64,000 nt of DNA from Camelus ferus (Eukaryota). The notes beneath the pieces are model-generated. The model searched no databases and was not told where the DNA came from. It was given only the letters and a program-made list of their open reading frames with translations. Shown piece by piece: positions 35,560 through 46,841 of this stretch (position 1 is the first letter of the stretch; each line of letters opens with the position of its first letter). The stretch is taken from the NCBI RefSeq assembly GCF_009834535.1, contig NC_045717.1, positions 26,164,001 through 26,228,000 of the forward strand, in the 5' to 3' direction. The translations under genes and the position numbers were made by a program.

Positions 35560-36190
35560 CCTGTTACGGACTGAATTGTATTCCCCAAAATGTGTCGTCC
35601 ATGGAAGCCCTAATCTTCACCTGTACTTCAGAATGTGGCTGTAGTTGGAGGCAGAGTCTTTTTTTCTAATTGATATATAGTCAGTTACAATGTGTCAATT
35701 TCTGGTGTACAGCACAATGTCCCAGTCATACATATATATACATATATTCGTTTTCATATTCTTTGCCATTAAAGGTTTTTATGAGATTTTGAATATAGTT
35801 CCCTGTGCTAAACAGAAGAAATTTGCTTTTTATCTATATTTTTATATAGTAGTTAATATTTGGGAATCTCAAACTCCCAAATTTATCCCTTCTCACCTCC
35901 TTTCTCGACAGTAACTATTAGATTGTTTACTATGTGGAGGCAGTCTTTACAGAGTTAATTAGAGTGAAATGAGGTCTAGACCCTAATCCCATCTGACTGG
36001 TGTCCTTAGAGGAAAAGGAAATCAGGACACACACACACACAGGGACACCCATGTGAGGATGCAGGGAGAAGACTGCCCTCTGCACAGAAGGGAGCGAGGC
36101 CTCAGAGGGGACCAGCCCCACCCACACCTTGATCTCTGGAGCCAAGAACTGGAGTGGATAAAGCCAGCACAGAGACAATGTGTGGTGTGA
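35560..36190 (+). mobile_element. MLT1 LTR with a nested antisense younger L1 3' end (35657-35935)
   Basis: TGTTACGGACTGAATTGT start; MLT1 resumes at GAGGCAGTCTTTACAGAG after an AT-rich TTTTTTTCTAATTGATATATAGTCAGTTACAATG.. insert, with GAGGCAG..TCTTT on both sides. Confidence 0.7.
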
Positions 36191-36824
36191 CTCTGATTGC
36201 AGAAGGTACAAAATCAGGCAAAATGCATCAGAGGAGATGGGAAGTCAAGCAGTGGTAACCTCCAGGAGGGGAGGGACAGGGACAGGGCAGGGGGAGCCTC
36301 TGAGGTAGAGGTAGAAGTGGGTCACAGTGCATGGGTGTGTATGCATTTGTGTGCATTTTGTGTGCATTTTGAAGTGCTATTTTTAAGAGCAGTTTTAGGT
36401 TCCTAGAAACATTGAGTGGAAGGTACCGAGATTTCCCATTACCCCTCCCCGCCATGCACAGCCTCCCCAACTCTCAACGTCCCCCACCAGAGGGGCACAT
36501 TTGTGACCAGGATGAACCCACTGGGATTCACTCTTGGTGGTGAGCATTCTGCGGGTGTGGACAAACTCGTGGCAAGATGCATCTACCATGACGGTATCAG
36601 GTATTAGCAAGAGTCTCTTCGCTGCCTTGAACCCCTCTGTGCCCCACCTACTTGTCCCCTCCCTACCCCAACCCCTGGCCACCAGCAATCTTTTTGCTGT
36701 CTCCCCAGTTTTGCTTGGATGAGTGCCATTTCACTAAGCTCTGCAGTTCACATTTGTGCATGTTACAGTCTGTGAATTGTATCTTCTTTTGTTTTGATAT
36801 CTTCTTTTTTTTTTAAACATTCTT

Positions 36825-37180
36825 CCTAGATGTGTCTGTGGGGGTGTTTCAGGCGAGGTGATCGTTTGAATTGATGGGCTCTGTAAAGCAGATGGCCCTC
36901 GCCAAAGTAGGCACCAACCAGTCCATTTTGGACTTGAATACAAAGCAAAGCAAAAGAAGGGAGAATTTGTCCCATGAGCCTGATGGCCAGCGGGAACATC
37001 AGTCACCTCCTGCCCTTGGCTTGGGACTTGCAGCGCCAGGTATCTTGTGCCACCAGTTTGCAGATGGCAGATCCAGATGTTATAGCCTCCACAATCCTGA
37101 TGAGACGTCTGTATAGCAGTATCGTACCATTTATGTCCTTATATATTTATCGGTTCCGTTTTCTCTGGAGAACCCTAAAA
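36825..37180 (+). mobile_element. MLT2 (ERVL) LTR
   Basis: AGATGTGTCTGTGGGGGTGTTTC, GTAAAGCAGATGGCCCTC, TTGCAGATGGCAGATC, TTTCTCTGGAGAACCCTAA. Confidence 0.65.
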
Positions 37181-37854
37181 TAAGCTCCCAGGGTGGTCCT
37201 CCTGCACCTCTTTATTTGGAAACCCAACTCCCGAGGTGGATAGGTGGGGCAGGTGGTGCTGGGTCTGGCTGTGTAGATGGCAGGAGGGTGCTGGCTTCCA
37301 GGGGAGGGGCTTCCTTAGAAAAGTCCCCGTGCCTCCTGGCACTCATTATTCACTCCTGTCCCATCTCCCCTCCCAATCAGCTGGGCAAGCAGTGCTATTT
37401 TCAGATGCCCCCCCCAACTTCCTTCCTCCCCGTGTCAGGAACCCACTTCCTGACTGGGTCTCTCTCTCTCCCCTCTGGGTGGGGCAAGGACAAACTTGCA
37501 CCTTGGAGTTTTTCTCCACCAGCCCCAGGGTCCCAGAGCCTTAACTTGGGTCTCCCTGTCCTCTCCCCAAACCAGGACTGGCCACCTAATGTGTAGATCC
37601 CAGCCCCAAAGGAAAATACAGACCCCCTGGTTCAAGGATTGTTAGGAATTCCAAGACACAGGGCACAGAGCAGTAGGGCATGGGGCAGGGGGCCCCTTCT
37701 GAGCTTGGGGCCCTGAGTGACTTTCAGCTCATGGTTTCAGTGCATGGAGCTAGCATTGCCTCAGCCACCTCCCACCTTGTGGTTTCAGGAAGTTTTATTT
37801 ATTTATTTTTATTGTGGTAAAATACATCGCAAGACTCACCAGTCTCAACCATTT

Positions 37855-37991
37855 NNNNNNNNNNNNNNNNNNNNNNNNNNNNNNNNNNNNNNNNNNNNNN
37901 NNNNNNNNNNNNNNNNNNNNNNNNNNNNNNNNNNNNNNNNNNNNNNNNNNNNNNNNNNNNNNNNNNNNNNNNNNNNNNNNNNNNNNNNNNN
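37855..37991. other. Assembly gap (137 N)
   Basis: Run of N inside an antisense L1 fragment. Confidence 1.
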
Positions 37992-38145
37992 GCCCCGGCC
38001 CCACCATCTGATGTGACTCTCCCAGGGACCTCCTGTGAGTGGGATCAGACAGTATCTGTCCTTCTGTGTCTGTTTCTCTCCCTGAGGATCATGTCCTCAA
38101 GGTTCATCCATCATCTGTATTGTAGTCAGTGTCAGAATCTCCTTC

Positions 38146-38232
38146 TTTTTTTTTTTTTAATGGAGGTACTGGGGATTGAACAGTGGACCTCCTGCATGCT
38201 AAGCATGCATGCTACCACTAAGCTATTATCAT
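38146..38232 (-). mobile_element. tRNA-Ala-derived SINE, short form
   Basis: Plus strand polyT-AATGGAGGTACTGGGGATTGAAC..TGCATGCTAAGCATGC. Confidence 0.8.
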
Positions 38233-38674
38233 CCTCCTAGAATTTCCTTCCTTTTTAAGGCTGGATCACACTCCAGTGTGCAGATGGACCTCGTTTTGTT
38301 CATCCTTTGGTGGACACTTGGATGGCTTCTACCCTTGGCTGCTGTGAACATTCATGTACAGGAATCTGTTTGACATTGTTTCAGATTTTTCTGGTTTGTA
38401 CGGATAAGCACAAACATTAATTTTTAATGGTCAGTTTTTATTTAAACCTCTAGTTTTTTTCAGCTTCTGGCTGATCCTAAAGGTGAAACATCCTTTGCCC
38501 AACAAAACTGACATGAACTCAGAATTTTCATCAAAGTGTGATGAGAAAAAGTCCTCCCACATCCTCAACCCCCAGCGTCCTCGCGTTCCCACTGTGGTGT
38601 GTCTTCTTTCAGGGGGAGCTAGGCTCACTCTATTTCCTGGATGTGGTAGGTGGATCGTTTCATTAGACTCCCCT

Positions 38675-38795
38675 GGGGGGAGGAGAGTATAGCTCAGTGG
38701 TAGAGTGTGTGCTTAGCACTCACGAGGTCCTGGATTCAATCCTCAGTACCTCCATTTAATAAAATAAATAAATAAACCTAATTACTCCCCCCAAA
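38675..38795 (+). mobile_element. tRNA-Ala-derived SINE, long form
   Basis: GTATAGCTCAGTGGTAGAG..GAGGTCCTGGATTCAATCC..TAAACCTAATTACTCCCCCC. Confidence 0.85.
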
Positions 38796-39224
38796 AGACA
38801 AATAATCCTGTGCTTTCTAAAGTCTTCCCCACAAGTCCCGCCCACGGGTGGGAAATGCCCCCACGTGCTGTTGTCACCCCCCCACAGCGGGAACAGTCTG
38901 CTACGTGTGTGTCATCGAGAGGGGACTGAGACCCCCTGGGGGGCTGTGTGAGAGGACCCCAAGATGGGCCAAGGTGGAAGACATGACCACCAGTACAGTG
39001 TTTTTGGAAGCTATAATGTCTGTGCGGTTTTTTTTAGAGTGTTTTTTTTTAATTGAAGTATAGTCCATTACAATGTGTCAACTTCTAGTGTACATCACCG
39101 TGTCCCAGCCATGCGTATACATACATATATTTAGTTTCATATTCTTCTTTATTAAAGGTTATTACAAGGTATTGAATATAGTTCCCTGTGCTGTACAGAA
39201 GAACCATGATGTGTGTTTTTTTTA

Positions 39225-39369
39225 ATTAAAAAAAAATTATTTAATTTTGGTGGAGGGAGGTCATTAAGTCTATTTATTTATTTATTTTTAGATGAGGCAC
39301 CGGGGATTGAACCCAGGACCTCGTGCATGCTAAGCATGTGCTCTACCACTTGAGTTATTCCTTCCCCCC
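39225..39369 (-). mobile_element. tRNA-Ala-derived SINE, long form
   Basis: Plus strand GGGGATTGAACCCAGGACCTCGTGCATGCTAAGCATGTGCTCTACCACTTGAG. Confidence 0.85.
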
Positions 39370-39734
39370 CATGATGTGTGTTTAAAACATAAAAATAAAA
39401 AGTGGAGAAGGCCTCTTTACAGCTGCTCATAGGTGAAGACAGGTGCCTGGGTTTCCTGGCATCAAATCTGGAGCGACTGGCAATACTGGCTACCTTGAGA
39501 TGGGGCCATCTGTTTCCTGGCAAACAGGGTAGGGGAAGAGATGTTTTATGCACAGCCTTTTAGACCCTTTGAATTTTGAACCATGCTACACATTTCCCAT
39601 AAAAACATAAATAAAAGTAAAACTATTAAAAAAAAAAAAAAAAGACCAATAGCCTTGTTATATCAGTCTCCATACCTCAGCTGCATTTTTTTTTTTTTTC
39701 ATCAAGAGTTAACCATGGGGAAAAAAAGTCAACC

Positions 39735-40155
39735 ATGGACCTAGAAATTGTCATGCTAAATGAAGTAAGTCAAACAGAGAAAGACAGATATCATAGGACA
39801 TCACTTATCTGTGGAATCTAAAATATGAAACAAATAAACTTATTCACAAAACAGAGTCACAGACATAGAAAACAAACTTATGGTTACTAAAGGGAAAGTG
39901 GAGTGGGAGGGATAAATTAAGAGTTTGGGTTTAACAGATACAAACTGCTGTATATAAAGCAGATAAACAACAAAGTCCTAGTGAGTAGCACTATACACTA
40001 TATTCAACATCTTGTAACAACCTATAATGGAAAAGAACATGAAAAAGAATGTATACACGTATAACCGAATTACGTTGCTGTACACCAGAAACTAACACAA
40101 CATTGTAAAGCAAGTATACTTTAATTATTAACAACAACAACAACAACAACAACAG
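39735..40155 (+). mobile_element. Younger L1 3' end with (AAC)n tail
   Basis: CATGGACCTAGA..GAAGTAAGTCAAACAGAGAAAGACAGATATCATAGG..GCTGTACACCAGAAACTAACACAACATTGTAAA. A related antisense piece lies at about 39040-39210. Confidence 0.8.
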
Positions 40156-40919
40156 TCAACCATGATCTTTTAATCCAGTCTCTTCTCGCCACTTTGAGGC
40201 TATTTTTCTCTTTTCACTTTTGGAAATAAGGCAGGGATGGACATCTATGGACAGAACGTGAAGCTTTCACCATATTATTAACTTAGATTTTTAGAAGAAT
40301 TCCTTCTTTCCTCTCTCCCTACTTCTCTTCTTCAAACAACATTTATTGAGTGCCTACTGAATGCTAAGCCCCAAGCTGGGCGTCAGGACACAGCTGGGAA
40401 CAGAAAGGACACAGATACCGATGCCTTTCCTCTTGGTGCTCACAGGCTAGCCTGTTGCTTCTAGAACTTTCCCTGATGGATTTGTTCTCCATCAGTGCCA
40501 TCCCAGATAGCAGCAGCCAGCCCCACTTGGCTTGTGGGCACTTGAAATGAGCCCATTGCAACTGGAGAAGTGAAATTTAAATCTTATTTAGTCAATTCAT
40601 TCAAATTTAAATAGCCGTACGGGGCAGGGGTGGGGGTGTTGATGGCTTCCATATTGGACGATGTGGCTCCCGGCGGGAATACTTTTAAGACCATTGGTTC
40701 CTGTGGTCAAGTTATTTTCCTGATGGGTTGGGTGTCTCAGGTCAGGAGACAAGGAAAAGCACAATGTCGGCCTGAGGTATGTGCTGGTGGCACCCAAAAG
40801 CTCATGGAGCCTCCGTCCATCCTCCTGAAAGCCTTCTTCTGCGTTAAGAATCCTCTTCCTCCTGTGTGTTGTGAACCCATTGTTCATTAGACAGCATGGA
40901 GGACAGCTGGGGACATGGT

Positions 40920-41235
40920 GGACAAGAGCCTGGGTGCCTGCCCCAGGGAGACTGGAGCTCATGAAATACAGGGAAGACAGATGATAACCAAGGAAACAAT
41001 TCAATAAAATGACCAGATGGCAAGTTCTATGTTGGAAATAAATAGGGTGTGGTAGGGACTTTGGCTGGGAGTGCTCAGGGAGGGCTTTGTGAGGAGGTGA
41101 TATTTGAGTGGGGTCCTGAAGATGAGGAGGAGTTGGCCATGTATCTATGTGGGTGCAGGGTACTCCAGGCAGGAGGCACAGCTCATGCAAAGGCCCTGAG
41201 GTAGCAACAAACTTGGCAAGGCAAGCTTAACTAGG
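40920..41235. mobile_element. L2 fragment (others at about 40340-40460 and 44030-44540)
   Basis: GAGGAGGTGATATTTGAG, CATGCAAAGGCCCTGAGGTAG typical of L2. Confidence 0.55.
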
Positions 41236-42599
41236 ACAGAGAGGGCAGGGGCAAGTGAAGGTGGTGGGAGAGAAGTAGGGAAAATGGGCCGGCAGCTTCA
41301 GGGCTATACCAAGCAGGAGCTTTGTAGAGGGGAGGAGAGAGGGGTCTTCTGAGACATTGGGGCATTCACATTGGTGCCTTCATCCTTCTAGAGCACACTC
41401 TGGTCAGTAGGGGAACTTGGTGAGGATGGAACAGGCCACATCTGAGTGGGGACTGAGCCTGTCCTCACCTCCTGGGCCCGCCGCCCCTCTGCAGTGTTCT
41501 CCTTGGGGCATGTTGGTCCTGGTGGAGCTGGCTCTCCCAAGCGATGCAGCCACAGCTCAGGCCTTTTCCAGCCTAGAGGAAGAGGGGGAAGGGGTTAGGG
41601 AGGTTGCAGGCAGTCCTCTTCCTGCTCTAGTTCAAGGAAATTGTAAGGAGCCTAGCCTAGTTGTGACCTTTGGACCTCGGGAGAACAGCTGACACTGGGA
41701 GCCTTGACAGGGGCAGCAGAGGCAGGGGGACTCTGGGCACCCCTCGACAGCCCCTGGGCACACAGCTATGGGAGGTGGCAGCGGAGCCCTGCACTGGGGG
41801 CTGGAGGAACTGGCTGGAAACCAGCCCTGGGCAGTGTCCACCCCTGAGCCTGTGTTCTCTCCTGGCAGCTGCCCCCAGCAATGGGGCCCTGGGGGAGGGT
41901 TGGCTTATCTGTGCAAATGAGGCCGAAGATTAGAATCCCTGGGGAGGAGAGGGAGCTGGGGCTTCCTACTGGGGGTGGGGCGGCTTTTGAGGCTGGAATA
42001 GGCGTGCAGGCAGTGGAAGGGTGAGGCTGTCCTGCTAACTCACCAGCCTGCCTCAAGCTAGGGCCCTCTGCAGCCTTCCTGCCTCTGTCCCTGTCACTGG
42101 CCTCTGTGCCCCGCCTCAAAGAAGTTCCCGGGTCACCTTCGGCAACCCTCCCCACTGTGCTCCCAAGCCTCATCCTAATCCATCTCCTCTGCTCTCAGCT
42201 CTGTAAAAGCTGCCTCCCTCCCGGCAGTGTGAACTGAGCCAGTGTGACTGGGGTGAGCAGGGCAGGGGCACTTGCCTTAGGACATTTAAGGACATTTAAG
42301 GAATACCAAAAAATTCAGCCAGTAAGACCCATAATATTTTAATGCATTAGTAAAAAGCCAAAACCAGTGCAAAAGAATCCGTGATGAACGAAATAGCCAG
42401 ATTTTAAATAAAGGCAGGATCACTCCCCTTACCCCAGTCAGGGGACTGGTTTCAGTAAAATTTTGGTGTTTTTTTTTAAGTAGTGCATTAAAATTTTTTT
42501 AATCTTGATAACTGAGTTTTATGGGATCCTGTAGATCTTGCTTCCCAGGATACTGCCTCACTTGCCTCACCCTGGTCCTGGCCCTGGAAGGGGTGAAGG

Positions 42600-43330
42600 A
42601 ATCTCCACTCCCGAAAACCTGGGCTGGAACCTGAAGCCAGGGCCCCACCCACTCCACGATCGGCCACGCCCACCTGACTAGCCCCGCCCCCACCCTGGCC
42701 CCGACCTCCGCCCGCTCGGACCCCGTGCGCACCTGAGCGTCACTTCCGGGGCGGCGGCGGGAGTAAAGCTCACTTCCGCCCGCGGGGGAGCGGCGGCGGC
42801 GGCGGCGGCGCAGGAGAGCCGGCAGGGGCGCGGGGGAGACCGACAGACTCACGGGCGGGCGGCCGGGAGCCATGGAGCGCGGCCCTGGGGCCGGGGGGCG
42901 CGGGCTGCGGCGGTGAGTGGCAGGCAGGGGGGGCGCGGCGGCGCGGATAGGTCTTGGTGCCTCCCGCGGCCGTTTGGGGAGCCGGGCCGGGCCGCGAGGC
43001 CGGGCAGTCCGGCCAGACGTCCCCGAGACCCCGCACTCCCGGAGTGTCCGCGGTCCGGAGCGGGGGACCGCGGGACAGTGTCTCCGACTCTGGCAGAGTC
43101 CGGTCCGCCGTCCGTTCAGCCCTGCGACGTGGGGTGTGCGCCCGCCTCAGGGACGCGGCCCCGCCTTGGGGGAGTGCACCGTCCGAGCCACGGACTCTGC
43201 CCCGGCCCCCGAACTTTCCCCCATCCGGACCCGGGCCCGCCGCAGCAGCCGGAGCCGAGCCCTGCTTCCTAAACGTCTCCAAGACATTTCTGCCCTTTCG
43301 CAGGCGTCCTCCGGCCGGCTGGGACACCGG
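42600..43330. promoter_or_regulatory. CpG-island promoter of ABHD17A
   Basis: Overlapping ETS/half-CRE GCGTCACTTCCGG 42737-42749, second ETS CACTTCCG 42771-42778, GC boxes, dense CpG. Confidence 0.85.
42770..42912 (+). other. ABHD17A: ABHD17A exon 1 (5' leader)
   Basis: Donor GCG|GTGAGT at 42912/42913. Exon 2 acceptor TGTCCCCCTGCAG| opens at 46304. The 5' boundary is approximate. Confidence 0.8.
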
Positions 43331-46300
43331 GGCAGGTTTACGGTCCCATCTCCAGGCTTGAGCCAGAGAACATCCACAGCCCTTCACCCTTGGGGTCCAC
43401 GCCTACCCCGCGCCCAGGACTCCTCCAGGGCTCCCCGTTTCCCCCACGATGAAGTCCAAACTCTGCATCAGGGCTCACGGGCGCGGCCCAATCCAGCCTT
43501 TCTCCAGGACCAGGCCACTCACCTCTTCCTCCCAGTGTCCCTCTATCGCGGGACCCGCAGTGCCTCGAACTTGCTGTCACCTCTGGGGTTGGCCTGTGCT
43601 GTCCCTTCTGCCCCGCTCCCTGGCACCTGGCACTTTCCCTGCGCCTTTCAGGCTGCATCTTCTTCCGGGCAGCTCCCCACCCCGACTGGCTGGGCGAGGT
43701 GCCGTCGCAGTCGTCCGTATACAGGTCGTCCTGGAGGACTGTGATTGCCGGGCTCCTTGTTGGTCCTCTTGACGCTGCCAGCCTGGCAGCGGGGTGCCCT
43801 TATCTGTGCTTGTGGACGGGATCGCTGGACTCCGGGTGCCAGCCGCGCCTGCCAGTGAGCGAGGCACCTGGGAGTTCTCTGTCCTGTCTGAAGCCCGTCT
43901 CTCAGGGCACACTCAGTGACATCCATAAAAGACAGTGGGAAGCCCCAGGTTTATGTGCCCTGAGATGAGACTGTCCTCCCTCCATCAGGCCTGGTAGACT
44001 GTAGCTCCCTCCTTTCCCCTTTGCCCCTGGTCCTTTGTCCATTCGTTCTGCCACCGTTAATTGAGCAAGAACAGCTGTCCTGCCCTCCTGGAGTTTCTGT
44101 TTGGTTTGTGGGTGGGGTATGGTTGAACGTGTAAATATAAGCTGGAGAGACAGATCTGGAATCATGAGCGAGGGGGTGGGGCTGAGTGTTTGAAAGGGCA
44201 CTGGAAGGGAGATCTGAAGGCTGGCTGGGACGAGGGGCAAGGGCTGTCTGGTGAAACAAGGGGGACTGGGTGAGCTGCGGCTCTGAGGCAGGAGGGGGCA
44301 GTGTGGCTCGTCTGGGGAGAGCCGGGTACAAGATGAGTGAGGCTGAAGAGGGTGGCCGCAGGCCTGCTGCAGACTGTCAGGTTGTGGCGAGGAATTGGAT
44401 GTCTATCCTGAAAATAGTGGGGTCACTGGGGCACCCCAAAAGGGAGACTGGGTGATCAGATGTGTGTTGTGAAAAGATCTTTCGGCTGCTAAGGGGAGGA
44501 TGGCCTGGAGTGGGGTGATGGTGGCCAGGTGGCTACCAGTGAGGAAGGAGACTAGGCATGTACCAGGTGTGGGTCGGGGGCAGAGGTAGGGTCAGCAGGC
44601 CTTGTGAAGGATGGTCTGAGGGTGGAGGGAGGTGTCAAAGACGACATCCAGGTTTCCAGCTTGGTCAGTGGAACCTTGTCCACCTTGCTGTGCCCGTTCA
44701 TCCTCGGGTTGCCGGGGGCCTCCCACCTGCCCACTGGCTCTCACCAGCTCTTCCTCTCGAGACCAGACTTCCCTGTGCCACCCAAACTCCCGGAGCACCA
44801 GGGAGTGTCACCTGTTGGCACCTGGATCTCTTTGAGGATGTCTTGGAGCAGCCTCAGTTTGGAGGAGGGCATCTGGCGCATTGTGCAGTGTTGAGCAGTA
44901 TCCCTGCCTCCCTCCTCAATGCTACTACACTCTTCTCTTCCCAGTCATCACCACTGGAAAAGTCCCCAGGCATTGGCAAGTGTCCCCACGGGGCAAGTTC
45001 GCCTTCCTCTGAGAACCAGTATGATGGACTCTCCCTCTGAAAATACTTGCACGCAAAGTGCATATCCCACCTCAGAATCTGGGGACTCCTGGAGGCCATT
45101 GGTGTCCCCACCTTGGCTTTCATGGCCTCTCCCACTCCCCTCCGTGTGCCCCAATCCGGGTGACTGTGGGATGTGGCGTATCGTGGCCCTCGGTCTCCAG
45201 TCACAGGTCTGGAGGGAGCAGGTGTGTTTCTGGGCCTCAGACTGCTCCGACCTGCTCTGAATCTGAGTGTCCCTGGCCTGGTGGTTTTCAAAGGCTGTGG
45301 CCCCGAAACAGAACATTCTCAGGTGCTCTGCTGCCTGGAGCTGAGTTGTGAGTGTGCCCTCTCCCTCATTCGGCCTGTAGGAAAGACGTAGTAAGCGAGT
45401 GGGTTTTGCTCAAACTTTTGTTATTTCCTTCCAGTCTCTGTTGGCAGCTCTGTATTCGGTTGCTGTTGCTTTAGCAGTTTAGCTGTGGTCTGTTTCAGAG
45501 CACGTTTCACAACCTTCTGCGAAAGGGAGAATGTTTGTTTTTCTCTGCCTCGTGGGGCCCTCCACTCACCCCTCATCTCATTTGCTCCCTCTGTGAGGTG
45601 AATGGTGTCTGCATTGACAGATGAGGAAACTGAGGCCGCAGACCCTTAAGCTGGCAGAGCTGAGGGGAGCCCTGGCTCTGTGGCCTGGGCCTGGCCCCAG
45701 TGGGGGAGAGAGCCTTTGTCCAGGCGCAGCGGGTGTCCCCAGCCCCAGTGTGTCCTGCTTTTGTTTCCAGAGCCTTTGTTTGTTGTATTTCCTTTGCTTG
45801 GGCTCCTGTCTCCGGATGTCGCCGTCCTGCATCCTGCACGGGGCTGGCTCTGTGAGCACTCTCCTGGGTCCCGGTGGTCAGCAGTCTGTCCTTGCCTTGG
45901 CTGAGCTGTGTCACCTGGGGGTGGCAGATGAGATGGGCCCTGGGGAGTCTGGGCCAACTGTGTGGACAGAGGTGCAGGGGGTGACAGGGTTTCCCTGGAC
46001 CACAGGCGGGAGCTATGTGGGGGACAGCTGGGTGTAGTCGGGTCTGATCGCCCAGTGTAGCCTGCAGGCTGAAACTGGGCTGATGAGTGGGCTTAAATGG
46101 CAAGAGTTGGTGCCTGCAGGTAGAGGAAGAGTGGTAGCAGGCGGGGGCTTGGTCAGGTTTGGGTCCCATGAAGGTCACTCAGGAGGTGTTGGTGCCCAGG
46201 GTGGGCAGGCTTGGCCCAGATGCCGGAGGCTGTGGGTAGAGTGGGCTGTGGGGAAGGCCAGGGCTCGGAGTCCATGAACCTGCATCTCACTGTCCCCCTG

Positions 46301-46508
46301 CAGGACTTCCCTCTGCACGACGTGGACACACGAGGCTGCCAGGCTCCCGAGCACTCGGCTTGGACCACGATGGGGCTGGGCTGCGGCCTCCTAACGGGGC
46401 TCTCGTCTGGGGCGGTGGCCGGGGGTCGCCCTGCCCCCTGCCCGCGTCTCCGAGCACCCCCACCCCTCCCCGGCTGGGCGAGGTCTGCCCCGGGGCCCGG
46501 CGCCCGCC

Positions 46509-46841
46509 ATGAACGGCCTGTCAGTGACCGAGCTCTGCTGCCTCTTCTGCTGCCCACCCTGCCCCGGCCGCATCGCCGCCAAGCTCGCATTCCTGCCTCC
46601 GGAGCCTACCTACTCGCTAGTGCCTGAGCCTGATCCCTGGGCCCGGTGGGGCCGGGGCCGCCCCCTCGGGGACCCTACGGGCCTCAGCCGGCACAGCTGG
46701 GCGCTGGAAGCTCCACCTGCTGGAGCGCGCTGACTTCCAGTACAGCCAGCGCGAGCTGGACACCGTCGAGGTCTTCCTGACCAAGAGCAGCCGGGGCAAC
46801 CGCATCTCCTGCATGTACGTGCGCTGCGTGCCTGGTGCCAG
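46509..46841 (+). CDS. ABHD17A: ABHD17A first coding exon (333 nt, one base more than an in-frame join requires)
   Basis: N-terminal Cys cluster in the ATG frame; [47 protein letters not shown] in the +1 frame from 46639; donor CAG|GTGAGC. Confidence 0.9.

Noticed and set aside
6195-39369. tRNA-Ala-like sequences as genuine tRNA genes
   Set aside because: All have poly-A or family-specific tails, indels and broken stems; they are SINE copies.
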